From the NCBI GenBank assembly GCA_964016885.1, contig OZ024743.1, positions 62,930,001-62,994,000 on the forward strand: a stretch of 64,000 bases of DNA. The letters are read 5' to 3'. Shown one piece after another: positions 27,366 to 38,830 of the stretch. Position numbers and translations under genes: made by a program. Source of the stretch: Eledone cirrhosa (lineage: Eukaryota). Each line of letters starts with the position of its first letter. The stretch's first letter is position 1. Under the pieces are notes generated by a model. That model ran no database searches and was not told where the DNA came from. It saw only the letters and a list, made by a program, of their open reading frames with translations.

Positions 27366-27846
27366 ATGTATGTGTGTGTGTATATACACTGCGTATATGT
27401 GTATGTACTATGGATATATAAGAGGGTAGTGAGAGGTAGATGGCAGAGAAAACAGAGGGAGAGGGTAGCAGGAAGAGGGAAAAGACTGTATTAGCACCTG
27501 GACATTATACTATGGGCTGCTGTATTACATCCCAACAAAGATACCTGTCTGTCTGTCACAAATACCTACCTACCTGTCTTTCTGTCAGTCACACTACCTG
27601 TCAGTCTGTCACACATACATACCTACTTACCTGTCTGTCACACTTCCTTAATTGTCTGTCTGTCTGTGTGTGTGTCACACATACCCACCTACCTGTCTTT
27701 CTCTCTGCCTGATTACCTGTCTGTCTGTCACACTTCCCTACCAGTCTGTCAGCAGTCATACTACTGTCAGTGTGTCAAGAGAATGACACCAATATAGTAC
27801 TACTGCTACCTCCTATGCTACTACTACCGTTTCTAATATTATCATT

Positions 27847-28053
27847 TGGCAGTATCAGTAGAGTGTCAGACACCCGGCTTCACAGCATAGAGTTATGGCC
27901 CTTTACGTTCTGAGTTCAAATCCCGCTAAGGTTAGCTTTGCCTTTCATCCTTACGGGGCGGATAAAATAAAGTACCAGTAATGCACTGGGGTCAATTTAA
28001 TCGACTTTTCCCCTCCTCCAAAAATGGCTGGCCTTGGGCCTAAATCAGAAACC
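27847..28053 (+). mobile_element. tRNA-derived SINE, (ATT)n-tailed family
   Basis: Same A/B boxes and central domain as 20470-20650. Confidence 0.82.
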
Positions 28054-30114
28054 ATTATTATTAGTTAACACTGGTACTACTGCTACTATTATTACTGTTA
28101 CCATTGCCGCCGCTGCCGCCACCACTGCTACTAGAAGGTAGTATTAGTAGTAGCAGTAAGGTCCATCAGAAAAGCGAGGAAAGAAAGAGAGAGAGAGAGA
28201 GACAAAGAGAAGGGAGAGAAAAGAGAAAGAGTGGGAGGGGAGAGAGAGAGGGGGAACAGAAAGAGAAAAATGAAGAAAGGAAGATGGAGAAGGAATGACA
28301 ATTTCTCAATGGAATGTTCTCAGGTAGCAATGGTGTATACATGTGTATCTGCATATTAGTGTATGTGTGTGTATGTATGCATATATATGTATATAGGAGT
28401 GATGAGAGAGGGAAATGAGGTCTGTGGCATGTGCTGTGATTGAAGTTACTAGCTTCAACTGTTACTAGCACTACAACTACTAACAAGACCACAACAATGA
28501 GGCCCTGAGTTCAATTTCACTGCATGGCATTTCAGGCAAGTATTGTGACCTTAGCCTTGGGTCAACTGAAGCCTTATCACTAAAACTAGATATGATGCCT
28601 TTCACTACATTTACTTGTACTTGTGGCCATTCACCCGAGGTGGGTTGAATCTGTTCCATTGAAGGAGTTTACCATGTGAGTTCACTTCAATGGAGTTTCT
28701 TTGGGTGATTGGTTTCACAAGTGCTGCCCAGCTGCAGGTATATGCATTTTAGGATGGTGTAATCCAAGCATTACATAGGTTATAGTGCTAAACTTACGCT
28801 TTCACACCCAACCCAATGACATGACAGGGAAGCATGGGAAGGAGTTTGGATGGCAGAGGTGATAATACAACCTATTTGAGCCATTTTGTAGGCCAGCAGA
28901 TCACTCCACCTCCCAGCTCAGACATACCAACTCTCAGCACATTTTCACCACACTTTATAATATGTAATTAAGACAGACATTGTAGTTTGGTTAAGAACTT
29001 TTTTTTACGATCACGAGGTCTTGGATTGGATCCCACTGCCCGGCATCTTGGGCATGTATTTTTACCATAGACTTGGGTCAGCCCAAGATTTTCAAGTGAA
29101 ATTGGGTGGATTGTACATCATCATCATCATTGTTGTTTGTCCATCCATTTTTCCATGCTTACATGGGTATGATCTGTATTTCTAAAGTTCAGCCCTATCA
29201 CTTATTTTGTCACACTGATTTAGCTTGAGAATTAAATTAAAGGGAACACATGAATATGGAATACTCAACCACTTAGACATTAATCACCAGAGTTGGATGT
29301 TCAGTTGATCAAACAAGAGAGGTAATATAGTTTGTATAATTGATTGGTATTTGTTTTATTTACCCTGGATAAATGAAAGACAAAGCTAATAGTGGCAGGA
29401 TTTGAACTAAGAACATACAGTGATGGGACTTTCTACTAAATATTGCAGAATAACAACACTGCTACCTGCACCATCACTACTACTACCAGTGGCATATTGC
29501 TGGGGGTGCAGCTGCACACCAAAAATAATTTGTTGAAAATTAGTCATTTTTGTTGGAAAATTATGAACATCTGCTTCTCCCAAAATGATAGGAGCAATAT
29601 GCTTCTGACTACTACTATTACCATCACCTCCCTCCCCCCACACACCATCATCTCTTAGCATCTGTTGTCCCTTCTAGCAAGGGTTGGACAAGTAGTTTCA
29701 GACCAAATCAGTATGTATTTGGGAACTACTCACCTTCCAGATGGGCTAAGATGTGAGGTAGGGGGAGGGGTATTCTGCATTTTACTTACACTGTATTGTC
29801 CTTTCACTCTACAGAGTGTACAAGGTGCATTTTAATGTGGCACCAACACTAGTGGGGTTGTCATAAGAGTCTTCATAAATTCTATACAAGACGAGGGCGT
29901 CTCAGTGTCGTCACTCAACCTGGTATATTTTTGTTTAATACCCTAACCTTCCCCTCATTGCAGGGTTCGAACTCAGAACATAAAGAGCCGGGACTTTGTT
30001 TATACTAAATATTATGGAATTACAACACTGCCTCCTACACAACTACTACCACCTTCACTGCTACATCTACTGTGATACACCACCACCATTACTGCCGCCA
30101 CTCCATTGATGATC

Positions 30115-30265
30115 TAATGATTTGTTGTTATCTGGTGGTACTTAAGAAAACTGTGGAAGTAGATGTATGGTTTGTGAGACCAGTGGAAGCCATGTATGAA
30201 GGTGCTGATAGTAAAGTGAGCAGGGTAGGTGAGCAGTTTAGTGAGGAATTCAATGAGCAAATATG
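30115..30265 (+). mobile_element. Degenerate RTE reverse-transcriptase fragment
   Basis: Reads ...VDVWFVRPVEAMYEGADSKVSRVGEQFSEEF, similar to the RT region before GVxQG. Confidence 0.6.
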
Positions 30266-31060
30266 AGTGACACAAACACCACCACCAACAGCAGCAACAC
30301 AATAACCAGTGACATCACCACCACCACTGCCACCATAACCAGTGACACAAACACAACCAACAACAACACAACAACCAGCGACACAAACACCACTACTGCC
30401 ATAACCAGTTCTGGACGCACTACTACTACTACCACCATCTCCATAACCTCTGGATTATCCTACCACCCCACCAACCCCACCACCATACCACAAGAACTAA
30501 TATAGTCATTCTCTATATCATTTTTATCATCCTTCTACCATTCCACTAAAAACTACTACCACCATTTCTATATCACTTATTTTTCTACCGCTATACCATT
30601 CATTAGGCAGCAGTGGCAGAATTTTCAGAACGTGGAATAAAAATACTTTGTGGTATTTGTTCTGATTCTACTATGAACTGCCTATCGTCTTATTGAGGTT
30701 GATAAATAAAATACCAGTTTAATATTGGGGTCGATTCTTCCTTTCCCTCATGCTCTATAATTTTCTGGAAGAAATCTGTCATGGAGAGGTATGGTCTCCA
30801 TCAGCTTTAGATGCCCAAGAACACAATCAGGAGTGAAGGGCCCATGGTATGGCATGGCATGATATACCATCATCATCACCACCACTATATAAATATATAT
30901 ATATATATATATACAAATAAAGATTCAGCGAGAATCGCATTTCGGCGGGCAGGAAAAGTGAAGCGAAACGCAAAAATCAGAAATGATATATATATATACA
31001 CATACATATTATTTATGCATACACACATACATACATATCATACTCATACATACATACATA

Positions 31061-31159
31061 CAGAGTATTCCCCCAAAATATATACACACTTTGATTACAT
31101 GTACAGGCAATATTTATTAGAATGTTGTTGAAGTGTGTATACATTTTTGGGACACCCTG
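31061..31159. mobile_element. Tc1/mariner-type MITE (99 bp)
   Basis: Imperfect ~30-bp TIRs CAGAGTATTCCCCCAAAATATATACACACTT / AAGTGTGTATACATTTTTGGGACACCCTG, flanked by TA on both sides. Confidence 0.75.
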
Positions 31160-31165
31160 TATACA

Positions 31166-31201
<36 letters not shown>

Positions 31202-31207
31202 TATGAT

Positions 31208-31528
31208 GGAGGCACATGGCTTAGTGGTTAGAGCATTGGCCTTGCAATCAAAAAGTTGTGAGTTCAATTCTCAGACCGGGTGATGTGGTTTCCTTGAGCA
31301 AGACACTTTATTTCACATTGCTCCAGTTTACTCAGCTGTAGACTGGGGTCCCTATCATTCCACTGCAAAGTGGATGTGTAGGCGCCACGGAAAAAAAGCA
31401 CCCAGCACTCACTGTAAATGAGGTTGGTGTTAGGAAGGGCATTCAGCTGTAGAAATCAAGCCAGAATCAGTTCCCATCCCACCCTTGCAAGCAGGGAAAA
31501 GCGGACGTATGATGATGATGATGATGAT
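31208..31528 (+). mobile_element. tRNA-derived SINE with RTE-LINE-derived 3' half
   Basis: A box TGGCTTAGTGG, B box GAGTTCAATTC. The 3' half matches the RTE 3' UTR at 33860-34078; (GAT)n tail. Sister copy at 54965-55337. Confidence 0.88.
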
Positions 31529-31962
31529 ATATATATACACACACACACACACACCACTACTACCATAACACCACCACATGTGCTGCCATCATTATAATTA
31601 TGATTATTATTATCATTACTATTATTAAGCCTATACAAGATGCCTTCCACTGATCTTACCATAGAATGGTTAAGATACAAGGAAGAATATTGATTTTAAT
31701 GCGTTACCATGGCAATAGGCAATAGCAACTGCTCCCCCTGCTCTCTCTCTATATATATATATTTCCAACAACCAGTGCATGTTGTTTCACAGAGAGGAAG
31801 GAAGCTAACTATAGTATTAGCTAGAGTGTATAATATCAGAGACATGTGTTACAACAACACTGCTAGTTATTTGTGCATAGAAGAACATGTATGTATATTC
31901 CATATATATATATATATCCTTATGTTTATGTTTGTGTTTCTCTTACATTTTCTATATATATA

Positions 31963-32056
31963 TAATATAGAAATGGCTTCTACAGGACTAGAACTGTTTT
32001 ATTCAGGAGAAATCATCAGAAACAGTTCTAGTCCTGTAGAAACCATTTCTATATTA
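31963..32056. repeat. 37-bp-arm inverted repeat (Penelope-like relic)
   Basis: TAATATAGAAATGGCTTCTACAGGACTAGAACTGTTT / AAACAGTTCTAGTCCTGTAGAAACCATTTCTATATTA. The minus-strand loop contains CTGATGA. Confidence 0.7.
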
Positions 32057-32211
32057 AATATTTATACTCTGCCATGCATTGAGTACCTTACTTACTGTGG
32101 TTACCATGCCAATTGAACACGGGATAAACTTATATATATATAATCAAGGTTTAGCAAATAAGAAAAAGTTTTAAAATAAATTTTAAAAAGTTCACTGTAC
32201 CTGCTATATTT

Positions 32212-32295
32212 ACCCTTACCGTACGGTTTCAAGTCTCAAAATAAATGGATAATCCATGCAGAAATCCATTGAGAAGAAGACTTTCGTCAGAGGGT
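32212..32295 (-). ncRNA. Type-I hammerhead ribozyme (intact fold)
   Basis: Minus strand: ACCCT-CTGACGA-AAGTCT...AGACTT-GAAA-CCGTACGG-TA-AGGGT. Stems I, II and III all pair, the core is canonical, GUA cleavage site at 32217. Confidence 0.78.
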
Positions 32296-32694
32296 TCTTC
32301 TCACTCGGAGAATATAAAATTCCCGAGTTCAAATCACGAACTGGCGCCATACAGAACTGTTCCCGAGATGAGAGTGTATGATGAAGAAACAATTTTGTCT
32401 AGTGTCGTGTGTAAAGATAGAAGACAGGGGCGGAAAGGTCCCTATATGCATTTTGCATGTAGGGAGACATACTTTATTATTATTAATCTCCCCTGATCGA
32501 GATAACATTTTGGTCGTTTTAACTGCTGCTATTTCTAGTGGCAGTACATTGACCTTTCTGCCCCTGCCTTCTATCTTTACACACGGCACTAGACAAAATT
32601 GTTTCTTCATCATACGCTCTCATCCTGGAACAATTTTGAATGGCGCCAGTTCATGATTTGAACTCGGGAATTTTATATTCTCCGAGTGAGAAGA

Positions 32695-32768
32695 ACCCTC
32701 TGACGAAAGTCTTCTTCTCAATGGATTTCCGCATGGATTCTCGAGACTTGAAACCGTACGGTAAGTGT
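32695..32768 (+). ncRNA. Type-I hammerhead ribozyme (one stem-I mismatch)
   Basis: ACCCT-CTGACGA-AAGTCT...AGACTT-GAAA-CCGTACGG-TA-AGTGT. Confidence 0.68.
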
Positions 32769-33511
32769 AATTACAGCAGGTACAGTGAACTTTTTAAAAT
32801 TTATTTAAAAACTTTTTCTTATTTGCTAAACCTTGATTATATATGTTCTGGGTTGTTAATTTATTAACCTGCCATAGAACCACATTGGATAATACATGTG
32901 TCCCTATATGCATTTTGCATGTAGGGAGACATACTTTATTATTATATATATATATACATACATACACACACACACACATATATATGCATGTGTTTATAGA
33001 TGAATATGTATGTATATTACATCTATATATATGTGTGTGTGTGTACACACAAATATCCCATATATATATGCGTGGGTGTATGTGCATATATCAACATGTA
33101 TGAATGTCCCATATATATATATTAAAATAACAGATTAAAGTTTAAGCAAAGAATTGCTGCTTTCACCCTTAACGGGATCTTCTAAAACCCTAGGGTTCTT
33201 ATATATTTGATATATATTTATCCTTATCTAGCCCTCTTTGGATTTTAGTCTTCAAATTTATTATTATTACTATATATATACATATACAATTTCTATGTTA
33301 GGATGAGATTTCCCATTGTGAGCCAAGTCAGATCAGGTGACTGTATCTTGCTCATACTGGACTGATTCTGGATTGGTTTCTATGGTTGGGTGCCCTTTAT
33401 AACACCAACCAGATTTACAGGGCGGACCGGGAGCTTTTTATCATGACACCAAAACGGCCATCTGACAGGTTGGACTGGGTACTTTTTCGTCGTATATATA
33501 TATATATATAT

Positions 33512-34078
33512 ATGGCAAAGCATAAACGAATTGATCGAGAGCTTGAGCATAAGAGGAATCAAATGCTGTGTGCAGGAGAGGAGGTTGCGTTGGTATGGAC
33601 ATGTCAGGCGTATGAAGGATGACAGCTGCAAAAAAATGGTGCAGAGCACTAGAAGTCGATGGAAGCTGTGGAGTGGGGAGACCCAAGAAGACCTGGGATG
33701 AGGTGATAAAAGCTAACCGTACCCTATTGCATCTCTCAAAGGCAATGACACACAACCGTGACCTCTGCAGAAATACAGAAGACCCGACTTCCCATGGGTA
33801 CAAGCCGAAGCTGAAGCATATAGACAATATGCCCCCCGCTGCAAAAAAGCACCCAGCCCACACTGTAAAGTGGATGTGTAGGCGCCACAGAAAAAAGGCA
33901 CCCAGCACCCACTGTAAATGAGGTTGGTGTTAGGAAGGGCATCCAGCTGTAGAAATCATGCCAGAATCAGTTCCAGTATGAGCAAGACAAGGTCAGCCAA
34001 CTGGACACTGCCCACAACAGGACAACCCGTCTAACCCATGCTAGCATGAAATAATGGACGTAAAACAGTGATGATGAT
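33512..34078 (+). mobile_element. RTE-family LINE 3' fragment
   Basis: QERRLRWYGHVRRM...GRPKKTWDEVIK across a frameshift, followed by the modular 3' UTR and (GAT)n tail. Confidence 0.87.
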
Positions 34079-34261
34079 ATATCCATATGCATGTGTGTGT
34101 AAATATATAGACACGCACTCAAATATATATACATTATTTTCTAGAGAGAAAATGTATTGAGTGCTCATTCAGTCAATATTTGAATGCTTTAAATACAATG
34201 GTATTTTAAACACCTATTCCAGTACGTATGTATGTGTGTATATATATATATATATATTGAA

Positions 34262-34420
34262 AACAAAGCTAGGATTCACATTAAGGTCTTTATTGATTAT
34301 ACATAATTAGAACTGCTTCACAGATGGGTGGCTCAGGGTCTATATAAAAACAATAGACTCAACTCCTATCTCATCTGCACATTAGACTTGTTAATCAAGC
34401 AAAGCCAAAATCTCATCTAA
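34262..34420 (-). mobile_element. Penelope-like end fragment, family shared with 37589-37742
   Basis: Reverse complement aligns with 37589-37742; hammerhead core mutated in this copy. Confidence 0.55.
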
Positions 34421-34460
34421 TTTTGGTACCCCTTTGAGTAAATCATGAATCTACTGAATC

Positions 34461-35088
34461 ACCGTCCTGCATGCACTCGTCCAGTGTCTGAGCATTGCTG
34501 ACTTGTGGGTTTATGTCAAACACCCGCTGTTGCGTGTAGAACGGATCCGACTATCAGCTAAGTCCATCGTGAGGATTGCCCCGCCCTCTCCCTTTAGCCG
34601 GGAAGGGCAGGCAGTTTTTATCTGTCTGGTGGCCATGGCGAAAGAGATAGTATGGTGGACACGTCTGAAAGGGCTGAAGACGAGCACTTACCTCTTCGGT
34701 GATGCCCTGATTAACTTTTTCCAATTTCATTTGAAAAGGAAAATCAGGGTAGAGAGGCAGGCGCTCTCTTCCCAGCTTTTTGTTGAAAGATGGGTGAGAG
34801 AGGCAAGAATGGCCCGAGTGAGTGGACCTACTCTGAATATATGTCTGTAAATTGAAGGTGGAAAACTGGGAGAGGACAATTGCCCTGGTGGTCAAAGTCA
34901 CCGTGGCTTTTTTAATGGGCTTTCTTCACGATGGCCCTCGGAAGTCTCCCCCCTATTGGGGAATTTTTCATTGTTCTATTATTACATTCTGTTTTTTTTT
35001 GTTTTTTACATGCAGAAATGCCCATTTGTACCATCCTGTACTGTCCTTAATGTCTACTTTGTGTAAACCCCTGTGGTTAATAAAGAAA
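34461..35088 (+). mobile_element. Tx1/L1-clade LINE 3' fragment
   Basis: TVLHALVQCLSIADLW...AKEIVWWTR...: tail of a CCHC knuckle plus AK..W..R motif. Stop at 34850, 3' UTR, AATAAA at 35079. Confidence 0.8.
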
Positions 35089-35106
35089 GCATTATTATTA
35101 TTATTG

Positions 35107-35432
35107 TTGTCTTATTTTGTTTAGCTCAGTTCTGTTTTTCTATTGCCAGATTCAGGCCTTGAACCTAGGACAATAGATGTTTTCATTGTAGAGAGAGAAC
35201 TCGTCTGAGAACATGTGCTGTTCCTAGTAGCCCAATCTTCTGTAGCTCATATTTGCTGATCTTGCAGGGAAAGCTACTAAGGTGCAGGTCTGAGGATTTG
35301 GGTATTAATCCTAATGCGCATATTACCACAGGGATAGTGTTTGTGGTCATCCTCTACATGAGGTTGATCTCTATTTCCAGGTCTTTGTATTTTGACAGCT
35401 TTTCCATTGTCAGCTGGTATGGAAATATCTAT
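35107..35432 (-). mobile_element. R4/Dong-clade LINE 3' fragment (restriction-like endonuclease region)
   Basis: IDISIPA...EKLSKYKDLEIEI...IPVVICALG...LQKIGLLGTAHVLRRVL; flanked by (TAA)n. Confidence 0.85.
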
Positions 35433-35451
35433 AATAATAATTATTATTAAT

Positions 35452-35554
35452 ATCCCGCCGAAGTTAACTTTGCCTTTCATCCTTACGGGGTCGATAAAAT
35501 AAAGTACCAGTAATGTACTGGGTGATTGCTGGCCTTGTGCCAAAAAGTAGAAAC
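35452..35554 (+). mobile_element. 5'-truncated (ATT)n-tailed SINE
   Basis: Central and 3' parts of the 20470-type SINE. Confidence 0.8.
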
Positions 35555-35592
35555 AATTATTATTAATTATTATTATTATTATTATTATTAAG

Positions 35593-35775
35593 GGCGGTGG
35601 ATTGGCAGTATCGGTGGAGGGTCGGACACCATGCTTTCCAGCATAGTTACGTCCGTTTACGATCTGAGTTCAAATCCCGCCGAGGTTGACTTTGCCTTTC
35701 ATCCTTACGGGGTCGATAAAATAAAGTACCAGTAATGCACTGGGTAATTGCTGGCCTTGTGCCTAAAGTAGAAAC
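35593..35775 (+). mobile_element. tRNA-derived SINE, (ATT)n-tailed family (full length)
   Basis: GGCGGTGGATTGGCAGTATCGG...GAGTTCAAATCC...GTAGAAAC followed by (ATT)n. Confidence 0.88.
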
Positions 35776-35794
35776 AACTATTATTATTATTTTT

Positions 35795-36460
35795 ATTGCA
35801 CATCATTACTGCTTTACTGAGCACAGCTCTGTGTGCCTTGGGTATGAGCAGTGTAGTTTTTGCTGAGGTTGTTTCTATAGTATTGATAGTACTTTTCGTA
35901 ATATGTGTGCAGTGCCTAGTAGTGCTATCTTTTCTATGCTGTATATATTTGTAAGTCCTGGGGTTTTCGCTATCTATTTGTCTGTGTGTGGTTTATCATT
36001 CCTAGAGTACCTATTATTATATGTATTGTTTCTGTTTTCATTTTCCACATTCAAGTTATTTCTATCTCTAGATCTTTATATTTGGAGAGTTTCTCTATTT
36101 CCTTGGAAGATATATTGTTGTCTGTGGGGATAGATAAATCTGTTAGGAGGTATTTTTTTCTTTGTGATCTTTGACTATAATATCTGGTCAGTTGGATTTG
36201 ATCTCTCTGTCTGAATGTATTGGCATATCCCAGAGAATGGTTGCTTTGTCATTTTCTGGCACTTTTTCTGGTGTGTGTTTGTACCATCTTTTTTCTGTTG
36301 GTATTTCATAATGCTGGCATAACTTCTGGTGTATGAAGGTCCCAACTCTATCATGCTTGTGGATATATTCTTTTTTGGCTAGAGCTGGGCATCCAGATAC
36401 TATGTGGTTGATTGTTTCTTCCCTATTTCCACATATTCTACAATTACTTATTGTACTTTG
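35795..36460 (-). mobile_element. R4/Dong-clade LINE 3' fragment (CCHC + RLE), degenerate
   Basis: CRICGNREETINHIVSGC zinc knuckle, HDRVG, ILWD, PDIIV..D RLE motif, KYKDLEIE, LLGTAHILRKVLS. Contains stops and a frameshift; (TAA)n flanks. Confidence 0.9.
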
Positions 36461-36478
36461 TTATTATTATTATTCACC

Positions 36479-36663
36479 TGTGGTGGATTGGCAGTATGGA
36501 TAGAGGGTCGGACACCATGCTTTGACGCATAGAGTTACGGCCCTTGCCATTCTGAATTCAAATCCCGCTGAGGTTATTTTTACCTTTCATCCTTACGAGG
36601 TCGATAAAATAAAGTACCAGTAATGCACTGGGTAATTGCTGGCCTTGTGCCAAAAGTAGAAAC
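36479..36663 (+). mobile_element. tRNA-derived SINE, (ATT)n-tailed family
   Basis: Same family as 35593-35775. Confidence 0.85.
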
Positions 36664-37433
36664 AGTTATTATTATTATTCACCAGTAATGCAGTAATGGA
36701 TCTGAGAAAGAGTACTCAATACTGAAGTAGAGTTTAAATATTCATTTACTACACAATTTATTTTTTGCCTGATGATCCTACAAGTGTGCAGGTGAAACAC
36801 TAGAGTAACTTAGCCATAATAAATGAATATTATTAGCATCATCATTTAACATCGATTTTTCCTGCTATCAAGGGTTGGAAGGGTCCTCACAGAGCAAGTC
36901 AGAATGCAAAACCAAGCTCTCAGACAGGTGGGTCGCCCACATATTGCTTACATATGTTCCCGTGCTTTACTGACTACATTTTTTTGTCTGGATATATGTG
37001 TACACTCTTAAACTTATACACATACACATATCTTCACAACTTCGTACAGACAAACAACAAAAACACACTTACATACATATCCACTCTATATAGAAAAGGA
37101 TTTTTTTCCTTTTCAGCACTATATAGACACCTTTATCATAGCCTTTCAAAAGATAGCCACTGAACTAAATTCTGTTTTCAACAGTTTTCCAAGAGATGGC
37201 AAAATGAACAGCCCTGTTTTTTGTCTCCAAGAAATTTTTTTGTTTGTTTCTGCCCCTGCTCACTCTCCTCTAACTTTCTATTTCTTCTTTAATTTATTTC
37301 TCATTCTATTTTCTGGTGAAGAACTAGCTTTGAAACTTTAAGACTCTTTTCCTACTATATCAAGCATGAAACTAATATATTTCTTCATTGTACTGTATAC
37401 TGCATTGTTTGCTTTGTTATTTCTGTTTACTTT

Positions 37434-37485
<52 letters not shown>

Positions 37486-37588
37486 TAAAGTAAAAGTTAA
37501 GTGGAAATATCCACCAGTAAGAGCACTCAGTCCATAAATATTTTTATTTATATACACACACATACATATATACATATATATATATATA

Positions 37589-37742
37589 AGATGAGATTTT
37601 GGTTTCACTTGATTAACAAGTCTGATGAGCAGATCAGGTAGGAGTTGGGTCTATAGCATTTACATGGATCCTGAGCCACCGATCTGTGAAACAGTCATAA
37701 TTGTGTATAATAAATAAAGACCTTAATGTGAAATCTCGCTTT
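37589..37742 (+). mobile_element. Penelope-like end fragment with hammerhead-like core
   Basis: CTGATGA-GCAGATC...GATCTGT-GAAA-CAGTC; weak stem I; followed by AATAAA and a microsatellite. Confidence 0.55.
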
Positions 37743-37770
37743 TTGTGTGCGTGTGTGTGCGTGTGCGTGC

Positions 37771-37832
<62 letters not shown>

Positions 37833-38358
37833 TCACGTTTGTTGAAAAAGGAAAATAAATATTTCAACATATTGGATGTTAGTCCTTCATCACGAAAGAA
37901 CAAAGTTTGGAGAAAGAGGAGGTTGGAAATAATGAGAAAGGTGGCGTGGGTAGGCAAGAGTAGTCTGGCATGTGGGGGGCTGAAGCAGAGAGTATAGGTC
38001 TAACATTGGTACTATTATTTGTTAGCAAATGGAGTGTATTTCGTGGGAGGGGGGGGGGGGGGGGGGCTGATATTTTTTCTTTTGTGTGTGTGTCTGTTTT
38101 TATATGTGCGCTTGAGTATAATATATGCATATGTGTGTGCGTGTATTAATGTGGTTATTGGTGTGCATAAGTGAGTGTGAGTATGTGAGTGAGAGAGAGA
38201 GAGCGTAAACCAAATGAAAAGATGATATCTATATATATATATATAAGAGGCTGCATTCCCAAGTTGTGGTATTTAAAGTTCAGAAATGAGTTAGGAATGA
38301 GCAAAGGTGTTTATGTGCGGTAGCCAGTGTTAATTCAGACAACATAGACATAATATAT

Positions 38359-38583
38359 GTAAAGTGGTCATGCTGGTTACACGACAAAAGCACCCAGCCC
38401 ACACTGTAAAGTGGTCGTGTTGGTGTCACAACAAAAAGCATCCAGTACACACTGTAAAGTGGGTGTGAAGGTGTCACGACAAAAAGCACCCAGTGTGGGC
38501 TACACTGTAAAGTGGTCGTGTAGGTACCACAACAAAAAGCGCCCAGTCCACACTGTAAAGTGGTTATGTAGGTGTTAAAACAA
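38359..38583 (+). repeat. Five tandem ~42-47-bp modules of the RTE 3' UTR repeat
   Basis: Repeated GTAAAGTGG...CACGACAAAAGCACCCAG.CCACACT. Confidence 0.8.
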
Positions 38584-38799
38584 AATGTGCTTTCCCTCTG
38601 AAACACCCCACACCTGTCTATCTATTTCTTTTTCATCTCTCTTATTCTATCTATTGATAAATGAATAATGTCTGAAATGTTAAGACTTCTTTCCTACTAT
38701 ATCAAGCATTAAACTAATATATATCTTCATTGCACTGTATTGTTCCTCTGTGTTGTTTTTTCCTTTACTTTTTGCATACACACATGCATATATATGATG

Positions 38800-38830
<31 letters not shown>

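Larger units (their letters stand above)
32136..32844. mobile_element. Long fold-back inverted repeat, Penelope-like pLTR pair
   Basis: Highly similar ~300-bp arms (32136-32440 / 32551-32844) with a 110-bp spacer; one hammerhead fold per arm. Confidence 0.8.

Noticed and set aside
27512-27545. MGCCITSQQR, a myristoylation/palmitoylation-like N-terminus
   Set aside because: No consensus splice donor follows and the frame runs into CTGT low-complexity repeats; probably chance.
31208-31280. tRNA gene
   Set aside because: A/B boxes are present but there is no acceptor stem, and it continues into a SINE body present in multiple copies.
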